DNA of 23,037 nucleotides from an uncultured bacterium (GTDB taxonomy: Bacteria; Acidobacteriota; HRBIN11; JAKEFK01). How positions within the stretch are numbered: the first letter of the stretch is position 1; every line of letters begins with the position of its first letter. The position numbers and the translations under genes were made by a program. Below the pieces are notes generated by a model. It saw only the letters and a list, made by a program, of their open reading frames with translations. It did not search any database and was not told the DNA's origin. This document shows positions 7,015 to 14,870 of the stretch, one piece after another. The DNA lies in assembly GCA_963777505.1 (NCBI GenBank), contig CAVZQN010000012.1, positions 1-23,037 of the forward strand, in the 5' to 3' direction.

Positions 7015-8889
7015 ATGGGTGGCGGACCAATAGGCGATCCAACAACAAAACCTATAACCCGAACGGATTCTGGCAATGTCGGGGCAACCCAGGATAAACA
7101 ACCAATCACAACCCCACCACCGCCGTCGAAACCTGCGGACGACCCTGCAGTAACCGCAAAAACTTCAACAGCCTTGAAACAGCAAGGAACCGAAACAAAA
7201 AGTCAGCTTCAGATATCAGGACAACTGGTTCAGCAAAACTTGAATAACGCCCTACCGGCCGGAGCGAAACCACAAGCCGCGGTCTTTGACGGACCCGGAA
7301 TGGATCTGAAAAATGTCGTTGTTAGAAACTTTGATAAACCAATCGAAGCTGCAGCTCATGTAATGAAATATGAAAATACCGACCCGGCTCATGCGTCGCT
7401 TCAGTTTCATGAATTAGTTTCCAAACACAAAGATGATCCGAAATATCTGAAGGAATTTTTCGGAGCAATTGGCGGTGACAAGAGCAAAGAACTAATCGCA
7501 CGATCTCACAATTTCCTGTACATCAGCCGTCCCAATAACTCAAAAGCGGATGTTGATAAATATACAGGAGGTGTGCGAGATGCTATTCATACGCTGCATA
7601 AATCTGGCGATCTCACATCATCGGACGTCCAGGGCATAGTGCATGCTGCAAACGCTCAGGGAGTGGATACTCTAGCAAAACTTTCTACGTCCATTTCGAA
7701 TCTTCCTGAAGCAGAAAACTTGAAGAAGTCGTTTGCTGAAAACAATATGCAGCTTTATCAAACCTATCAGTGGAATGCTACAGCGAAAGCGGCTTATGCT
7801 ACGTCAGCTGCGGAATTGATGGGGAAAACTACCACCGAAGATCAACTGAAATTCATGAGCAAGCTGAGTAAGGAAAACAAGCTTGACTCATTTGTTAAAG
7901 ATGCGACTTCTTATCAACCTCAGTCGGTTTATGAAGCCTCTTCCACGTATGAAGGACGAAAAGCAGAAGCCACTCAACAACCAACAGGTGTCGCTAATCT
8001 TGTCAATACTACCTACATAGCAAGTCACGGAGATGCGCGTGATCGGTCACTCCCGATTAATGTTAAAGAGTTGGAAGACCTTCGGCTAAACATGTTCCAA
8101 TCAGCAGCAGACGTGTACTCTGACGCTAAACGGATCCCAATCTGGTCTAAAAGCACGGACATGAAAGATGCCTTATCCGGAATTTTCCAGGATGATTTCG
8201 ATAAGATTTGGAAATCTGGACTTGCACAAAATAAGGCGGTATTTGATGACGAAAGCGACAACCCACACAGGTCGGCAATTCAGCCGAAACTGGAAGGGTT
8301 TTTCCAGCATGCTCTGTTTTCTGAACCTACAGGCCAGTATCGTGATGAGACGAGTAAATTTCTTGCAGGAAAAATGAACGGTTGGATGGCCGACATCAAC
8401 GATTCAAAAATGTCAAAACAAGCTTTCTCTGCGAAATACGGAATGGAACGGACTCAACTCACGCACATCATGGGCGAAACCATGGGCTTTGTTAACAATG
8501 GAATGCAGACTGCAGTTAAGAGTGCGAAAGATCGCAAGGCTTCGAATGAAGCCGGATTAAAGTGGATGATGGATCTTGGATTCAGCTTATTGCCGGGAGG
8601 GGGCATTCCTAAGAAGATGCTTGGAATCGAAGGCGCGGAAACGATTTCCAAAATCGTTGCAGGTGTTCATGAAAAAGCGAAGGGTGCGTTGAAAGATATG
8701 ACCAAAGATGAAGCCGTGAAATATTTGCTGAAAGAATATCCGGGTTTGCGCTCGGATAAAATCATGGAGGAACTCTTTCAGGAACTGCGGGAAGTAGTGC
8801 CAGGTAGCGATGGTCAGGATCTTTTATCTGCGCTTCAAAGTTCTTACACACAAATAGATTTGCACCCCAAAATTCCTGGTGGCGTTTAA
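7015..8889 (+). CDS. Hypothetical 624-aa alpha-helical protein with Pro/Thr-rich leader and shared N-terminal motif
   Basis: Long intact ORF with RBS aggagg at 7001-7006. No Sec signal and no recognisable catalytic motif. Confidence 0.85.
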   Translation: MGGGPIGDPTTKPITRTDSGNVGATQDKQPITTPPPPSKPADDPAVTAKTSTALKQQGTETKSQLQISGQLVQQNLNNALPAGAKPQAAVFDGPGMDLKNVVVRNFDKPIEAAAHVMKYENTDPAHASLQFHELVSKHKDDPKYLKEFFGAIGGDKSKELIARSHNFLYISRPNNSKADVDKYTGGVRDAIHTLHKSGDLTSSDVQGIVHAANAQGVDTLAKLSTSISNLPEAENLKKSFAENNMQLYQTYQWNATAKAAYATSAAELMGKTTTEDQLKFMSKLSKENKLDSFVKDATSYQPQSVYEASSTYEGRKAEATQQPTGVANLVNTTYIASHGDARDRSLPINVKELEDLRLNMFQSAADVYSDAKRIPIWSKSTDMKDALSGIFQDDFDKIWKSGLAQNKAVFDDESDNPHRSAIQPKLEGFFQHALFSEPTGQYRDETSKFLAGKMNGWMADINDSKMSKQAFSAKYGMERTQLTHIMGETMGFVNNGMQTAVKSAKDRKASNEAGLKWMMDLGFSLLPGGGIPKKMLGIEGAETISKIVAGVHEKAKGALKDMTKDEAVKYLLKEYPGLRSDKIMEELFQELREVVPGSDGQDLLSALQSSYTQIDLHPKIPGGV

Positions 8890-8902
8890 TAAGGCTATTC
8901 GT

Positions 8903-8974
8903 GGCTTAGCGTTTTTCCGTTAAGCCCCTTGAAGTTCCGGAGACTGGCAAGGGCGACGTTTTGATCGCCCTTGC
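8903..8974 (+). terminator. Two consecutive hairpins after the 624-aa gene
   Basis: ggcttagcg-tttttc-cgttaagcc (8903-8926) and gcaagggcga-N8-tcgcccttgc (8947-8974). Confidence 0.5.
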
Positions 8975-9001
8975 TGCAACGCTAAATTTCCATCGGCTCT
9001 A

Positions 9002-9143
9002 ATGACGGTGCAATTATTAGCGGTCAGTCCAATGGATCCATTAACCTATCTTGCTGTGCATTAATTTTTCTCTTAGCTGCTACATTTGCGAGTTTCATTT
9101 CTGCACTTCGCTCCTCATCTTTTTCATCCAGCAGAGGTTTTGA
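9002..9143 (+). pseudogene. 3'-end relic of an ABC permease paralogous to 20265..22931
   Basis: Aligns by hand to 22779-22920 at about 83% identity (22 substitutions, 2 single-base indels). Encodes ...QLLAVSPMDPLTYLA...HPAEVL. Confidence 0.85.
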
Positions 9144-9182
9144 TAAAGAGCAGGTTAGGGACTTACAATTATAATTACAACT

Positions 9183-10392
9183 ATGAAACGTTCAGGATTT
9201 GCAGATTTGCCGCTTCATGGAGGGCGTGTGCCTTCGTGGCTTGCGGATCGCATGACGAAACTTGGTACCGCAATAACGGAAGCGATCGTGATGGAGTATG
9301 GCCGTTCTGAGTTTCTATCTCGACTCTCCGATCCCATTCTGGTTCCAGGCGTTAGGATCCGTAATGGGCATGGATTGGCATTCCTCAGGAATTACTACAT
9401 CGGTTATGGGGGCGCTCAAGCGCGGATTGAACATGCGTGCGAAAGAATTGGGGATTTATATTTGTGGAGGCCGCGGCCGGCATTCGCGCCGGACTCCTGA
9501 TGAATTGCGAATTGTTGCAGACAGGATTTCCCTGGATGGTGAGGCGTTGGTGCGCACTAGTCGTTTAACAGCGAGAGTTGACAACAATGCAATTCAGGAT
9601 GGCTTTCAGCTTTATCTCCACAATTTTGTCGCAACTGCAGATGGAGAATGGGCAGTGGTTCAACAGGGAATGAATGGAGCGACTGGTCTTGCGCGGCGCT
9701 ATCACTGGCACTCGCCATCCGTACGCGATTTTACTTCTGAACCTCATTGCGGAATTGTCGGTGAGCATCAAGGCATGATTCTGAATCTTGTCGATAATCA
9801 GGCCAAGCCTGCACAAGCAGCGCTTCTGGAAATCATCAAGCAGCAACCTGAAAAAAGCTTGCATCAAGCAAGAGAATTAGTTGTCCCTCGCCATCATGAT
9901 GTCCGCGCTCAGGATGTAAACCTGAAGCGACTCGGTGCAGTGCTCGCAATGGCTTACGAAAGTGACTTCAGAGACTTCGCGTCATTTCTGCTTCTAGAAA
10001 AATTGGGTCCACGTACGTTGCAATCTCTCGCACTCATTGCTGAAGTTGTGCATGGCACACCGACTCGCTTCTCCGATCCGGCGCGTTTCTCTTTTGCACA
10101 TGGTGGAAAAGATGGTCATCCATTTCCGGTTCCGCTCAAAACGTATGACAGATCGATTGAAGTGCTTCGTTGTTCGCTGGATGCGGCAAAGTTAGGTGAT
10201 AAAGAAAAACTCGAAGGATTCCGCCGCCTCGAACAATTCACTCGCAACATCGAAACCGTATGTCAGCCCGAAGCCGATTTTGATGCGCTGATTGCTCACG
10301 AACATCAGATCTCCCCATCCCTTGATGGCCGCACAGTATTTGATGACAAAAGATCAAAAAAACCTCGCTCAAAACAATTGCCCCTTTTTTAA
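9183..10392 (+). CDS. DUF763 domain-containing protein; one frameshift
   Basis: [14 protein letters not shown]...RM joins [20 protein letters not shown] after removing one C from ccc 9333-9335. Also [29 protein letters not shown] and [19 protein letters not shown]. Confidence 0.9.
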
Positions 10393-10398
10393 ACCTAC

Positions 10399-10446
10399 AA
10401 CCGTATCAATGTTTCGACCTCTCGCGCGCGTTGTGTTTACATTTTG
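10399..10446 (+). pseudogene. Possible relic of SF1 (Upf1/DNA2-like, AAA_12) helicase motif VI
   Basis: Translates as NRINVSTSRARCVYIL, resembling NRLNVA.SRAR...IL. No other helicase motifs are nearby. Confidence 0.5.
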
Positions 10447-10779
10447 GATATACGGAAGCGAATACGCAGCCAAGAGAAATATTTAGTTAGCAAGGTCAAT
10501 GCCAAAGGAAGCAATTTTGTTCACGTCGATGCATGCATCAGCAGAATGCGAAAAGGAGGAACTGTTACACCAATCGGTCTTCCGAAGGCAGTTCATATCC
10601 ACTTCCGCGCTGCTACGGTTTATCACGTAGATGAGAGTGACTTCATTGAAGAATGCGACGGCAATTGGACCGAAGTGGTGCGTGACGGCAAAGAAACCGG
10701 TAAGGTCGCACACAACTTCTACCCCGACGCACATTACCGGACTGTAGGCCAGTCCATGGGTGCTCGTCCTCGCCCCTGA
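10444..10779 (+). CDS. Hypothetical protein or C-terminal gene fragment
   Basis: 111-codon ORF with a protein-like composition in its second half. TTG start without a clear RBS. Confidence 0.4.
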   Translation: MDIRKRIRSQEKYLVSKVNAKGSNFVHVDACISRMRKGGTVTPIGLPKAVHIHFRAATVYHVDESDFIEECDGNWTEVVRDGKETGKVAHNFYPDAHYRTVGQSMGARPRP

Positions 10780-10800
10780 ATACCACTACCTCGCCGCGGG

Positions 10801-10842
10801 TAGGTCGATCAGGAACGAAAATCCCCCCACCTATATATATGG
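10801..10842. repeat. Second locus of the intergenic repeat seen at 800-852
   Basis: taggtcgatcaggaacgaaaatccccccacctatatatatgg, with inverted ends TAGGT...ACCTA. Confidence 0.6.
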
Positions 10843-10995
10843 AAACATTTTCACCGTTGCGTCTTTCATGCGTATCGCCGGTTAAATCAAATTGTAGTCG
10901 CTGTCATTTATCTCCTTTTTCGTACTTGAGGAACAAGAATCGACTGTCGGAAAATGAGTGACATTTATTAGAAGCAAAATACAGTACTATTAGCT

Positions 10996-13900
10996 ATGAA
11001 GTTTTTTCAAATCAGATTATCCTCACGTTCCACTTCGGTTAGCACACTTCAGCAGATTTCGAAAAAATATCGAATAAAAATTACGTACTTTTTTCCGAAG
11101 CTTGTGCTCTGGATGGTGCTCGCAGTTGTCTTAATGTCGGCGCAAGCCGTAAGCCCAGTCATTGCTGATCAGTTGGTCCAATCGTTTGAGTTGAACAGCT
11201 ACAAACGCGTTTTGGATGGCCAGTGGCAGGGAATACGCTACGCTTCTGATGGAAACGTGTACTTTGGTAGTTCAACTCATTCGGCGCATCACGGAGCGGC
11301 GTTTTTCAAATACGATCCACAGGCGAATCAGATCACACTTCTGGCTGAGGATCTCACAACCATCTGCGGTGAAGATCCACAAACGAATCCCCAAGGAAAA
11401 CTGCACAGCGATATTGTTGAATCCAATGGTTGGCTTTATATGAGCACACTTTTTGCCAGCGACATGCCGGGAGCCTGGGAAACATGGACTGGCTCGCACG
11501 TGCTGGGTTACGAACTCGCGACCGGTACCTTTCGTGATTACGGAGTGATCCACCCGAATTACACATCCTATTCTGCAATCGGGGTCGATCCGGTGCGCAA
11601 CTACCTATACGTCTACGTTACCGGAAAGTCCGCCGGTCAAGTTTCCTATATGTATCGCATCAATACCGTAACCGGCGATAAGACCAATCTTGGAGAAGTC
11701 AGCGGTCCAAATGTTAGCGGTGTGTTTTTGGCGTCATTTTGGACTTTTGTGGACAGTCAGGGCGACGTCTGGTTTTCACTACGTGACCAGGGGGGCGATT
11801 TGCGCAAGATCGACGGCGAGACCGGCCAAATCGAGGTATTTCCGAATGCGCTGCCGCCGCTCTATCGCTGGGACTCCAACCAGGTAGAGACCAATCAGTC
11901 GGAACAGGCGAAACGATTCATTAACTGGATGCAGCCATTAGATGCAAACAGGGCTGTATTCACACTGGGATGGTTTGGTGGAATGCTCTACGTGTTTGAT
12001 TCGACCAAGCCGATCGGCGAGGCGTTTCAAAACATCTCGCATATTGGCTACAACGATCTTGGTATGGCTGTGGGTGAAAATCGTGTGTTTTATTACCAGC
12101 GTGTCAACCGACAGTTCGGCCATCAGGACAAACAGGACTTCCATCTACTGAGTGTCTCACTTGATCCGAACACTTCCTATGCAATTACGGATCATGGTCT
12201 GATTAAAGACCAGGATGGACGGCTCGTGTGGCGCATACCAGGGATGATGACAGATGGGCAAAATCGCGTTTTCATGATCGGTGATTGGTGGACCAATCCA
12301 GGCGATCTCGGAACCTTGCGCTACCGGTACAATGGGGGCAATGAATTTTATGAGCAGCTGCCGCGTGGCGAATTCTTTGCCGTTGCCGAAGTCAACATTC
12401 CGTCAGCGGGAACTGATCTTGCAATCTCCGTCACGCATTCACCCGATCCAATAGGGACAAAAAGACCATTGACCTACACGGTCCAGGTCACAAATCATGG
12501 ATCCATGGATGCTACTGGATTAGTAGTAACCGATACGTTGCCTGCAAATATAACTTATGTTTCAGCGACATCATCTGCCGGCACTTGCTCAAAAACGGGC
12601 AATTCAGTGAACTGCACTCTGCCTGGTTTGAGTGCCGGTTCTTCTGCAACGATCACAATCGTCGTCACACCGAAGTCTCCAGGAACTTATACCAATTCGG
12701 CCAGTGTTACCGGGAACGAGGTTGATACGGATTTGGGAAACAATTCCGCCACGTATAGCACCGCGGTCCTTGAAATTGTGCAATTCAATCAAATTGTTTA
12801 TTCGCTTGCAGAGAGTGGTGGTGCTTTGTCGGTTACTGTCACCCGTACAAACAACGGAAGTATTTCAGTTCAGTATGCGACAGAGAGTAACACCGCAACA
12901 GCCGGATCTGATTACACGCATGTTTCCGGTACTCTTGATTTTGCGCCGGGCGTAGCGTCGAAGACATTTACTGTTCCGATCATCAACGATACGACCGCTG
13001 AAGGCAATGAGTCGCTCAATTTGACACTGAGCACACCTAACGGCGCCGTACTTGGGAATAATCGGAGAGCGGTGCTGACGATTTCAGATAATGATACATT
13101 TACGCCGGCAACTCTGAATTTTAGTGGTGTCGATTTCGGACAGCTTGAATCAGTAGCGCCGAAGACCGTCGCGGTATCTCGAACCGGAGATAGCACCGGC
13201 ACAGTCAGTGTGAACTGGAGCGCAGCTTCTAACACAGCAATACTGGGAACTGACTTCACCGCGCCGGGTGGTGTTTTGACTTTCGGCCCTGGTGTGAGTA
13301 GTCAAAGTTTTGTTGTTAATATCGTGAACGATACTACGGCTGAAGGAAATGAACTTGGTCACCTGATCTTAAGCAATATCACCGGTGAAGCCATATTAGG
13401 GCAGAGACCGCGCGCGAGTCTGACAATTAAAGACAACGATGTTCCCTCATCTGGCTTTAAGATCAACGAGAATTATTATACGGCCGCTGAAACCGGATCA
13501 AAGTTGATTACAATCAGCCGCACGAATAGTACTTCAGCACAGTCCGTGACCTTCAGTACAAGCAATAACGGGACAGCTGAAGCCGGCATTGACTATTCTG
13601 CAGTCACTACGACATTGGACTTTGCAGTCAGCGAGACTTCGAAAACTGTGAGTATCCTCATTCTGTCTGACACGATCGTGGAAAGTAACGAGAGTGTTAA
13701 CTTGACATTGAGCAATCCGACTAATGGAGGAACGCTTGCTGCTCAGCGTGCAGCGGTGCTGTTCATTACTGATAACGACCTGAATGGAGTCTTGCAATTT
13801 CAATCAACATCTTTTTCAGTTAGCGAGAATGTTCCAACAGCGACAATCACAGTCACGCGCACTTCCGGCACGTTCGGGGCGATTGGCGTAAGCTATGCAA

Positions 13901-14121
13901 CCAGCAGTAATACGGCGACTGCAGAATCAGATTTCACAAGCACCTCCGGCACATTGAGCTTTGCAGAAGGAGAGACAACAAAGAGTTTTACGATCCCAAT
14001 TCTGAATGATGCCTCGTGGGAGGGAGCTGAGAGTATCAATGTCACACTCTCCAACCCGATCGGTGGGTCGACGTTAGGATTAGCCCGCAAGGCTGTTCTC
14101 AGCATAACGGACAATGACTAA
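10996..14121 (+). CDS. Secreted multidomain protein: putative beta-propeller + DUF11 + four Calx-beta domains
   Basis: Hydrophobic signal region ending AVSPVIA. Propeller-like motifs (SDGNVYFG, DSQGDVWF). DUF11 (TDLAISVT..PDP....LTYTVQVTNHG...A..LVVTDTLP...NNSA). Four units starting with F....[YF]...E, containing TA.AG.D[YF] and ending I.DND. The start codon is uncertain (alternative ATG 11113). Confidence 0.9.
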   Translation: MKFFQIRLSSRSTSVSTLQQISKKYRIKITYFFPKLVLWMVLAVVLMSAQAVSPVIADQLVQSFELNSYKRVLDGQWQGIRYASDGNVYFGSSTHSAHHGAAFFKYDPQANQITLLAEDLTTICGEDPQTNPQGKLHSDIVESNGWLYMSTLFASDMPGAWETWTGSHVLGYELATGTFRDYGVIHPNYTSYSAIGVDPVRNYLYVYVTGKSAGQVSYMYRINTVTGDKTNLGEVSGPNVSGVFLASFWTFVDSQGDVWFSLRDQGGDLRKIDGETGQIEVFPNALPPLYRWDSNQVETNQSEQAKRFINWMQPLDANRAVFTLGWFGGMLYVFDSTKPIGEAFQNISHIGYNDLGMAVGENRVFYYQRVNRQFGHQDKQDFHLLSVSLDPNTSYAITDHGLIKDQDGRLVWRIPGMMTDGQNRVFMIGDWWTNPGDLGTLRYRYNGGNEFYEQLPRGEFFAVAEVNIPSAGTDLAISVTHSPDPIGTKRPLTYTVQVTNHGSMDATGLVVTDTLPANITYVSATSSAGTCSKTGNSVNCTLPGLSAGSSATITIVVTPKSPGTYTNSASVTGNEVDTDLGNNSATYSTAVLEIVQFNQIVYSLAESGGALSVTVTRTNNGSISVQYATESNTATAGSDYTHVSGTLDFAPGVASKTFTVPIINDTTAEGNESLNLTLSTPNGAVLGNNRRAVLTISDNDTFTPATLNFSGVDFGQLESVAPKTVAVSRTGDSTGTVSVNWSAASNTAILGTDFTAPGGVLTFGPGVSSQSFVVNIVNDTTAEGNELGHLILSNITGEAILGQRPRASLTIKDNDVPSSGFKINENYYTAAETGSKLITISRTNSTSAQSVTFSTSNNGTAEAGIDYSAVTTTLDFAVSETSKTVSILILSDTIVESNESVNLTLSNPTNGGTLAAQRAAVLFITDNDLNGVLQFQSTSFSVSENVPTATITVTRTSGTFGAIGVSYATSSNTATAESDFTSTSGTLSFAEGETTKSFTIPILNDASWEGAESINVTLSNPIGGSTLGLARKAVLSITDND

Positions 14122-14329
14122 AGAAGTACATATTGAGGGTTGATATTCCGGACGAACCGGTAAAGCACCTTCATAGTGATTGCACAAACCAACAGCGTCT
14201 TGCGGTCCATATCCTTGATCGACCAAAATTCGTAAGCCAGAAATTCACTGTCGTTAAAGAAGATAATCTAATCCCATTCATGCCCGAAATTCCTATGATA
14301 CTCTTAAGATGAGAGCGAGGGAGTATTCA

Positions 14330-14762
14330 ATGAAACCATCCAACCCTATCTGTGTTTATTTTCTTTTGTACTGATCCTTTTAAGTTGTCATGCATTCGCC
14401 TTGCAGCAAATGTCTCCCCAATGTTGTTTGAGCCGAATATCGGGTTGGAAGATGCCTCGGTTAAATTTATTGCGCGCGGTTCGGGATACAAAATACTGCA
14501 TCCAACGAAGTCCGGATTGACTACAAAAATGAAGAGGGCATGTATGCAATTCTGAAACTGAATTTGGAAGGATCAAGTGCGAGCCCGGTTTTAGAACAAG
14601 ACGGTCCTGCACATGGCATTGCAGGTGATGTGGCTGTAGATAACGCAGGAAATATTTTTGTCTCAGGTCAAACTTCGTCCAAGAATTTTCCGACAACACC
14701 TGGTGCCAAAACGAAGTATGACAGGCACCGCTGATGGTTTCGTAACAAAGATATCGCCATAG
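14330..14762 (+). pseudogene. Internally deleted relic of an SBBP (beta-propeller) repeat protein
   Basis: RBS gagggag and ATG 14330. FEPNIGLEDASVKFIARGSGY resembles the usual N-terminus of these proteins. VAVDNAGNIFVSGQTSSKNFPTTPGA...DGFVTKISP-stop is an SBBP repeat. The pieces lie in different frames within only 430 bp. Confidence 0.75.
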
Positions 14763-14870
14763 GTCGTCTTTTGTTTATCACACTCATACGGCGTGATCTT
14801 AAAACTGTTTCCTTTTCCCTTTTTCCGCTACAATAAAAACCTACTGTCAAACGTATTCATGGAGTTTTAA

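Noticed and set aside
9002-9143. Diversity-generating retroelement template/variable repeat pair with 22779-22920
   Set aside because: Mismatches are not adenine-specific, many are synonymous, and no reverse transcriptase is in the window.
2731-9335. Programmed frameshifting or phase variation at the split genes
   Set aside because: The runs are only 3-4 nt, with no slippery heptamers or long simple repeats. Sequencing error is the simpler explanation.
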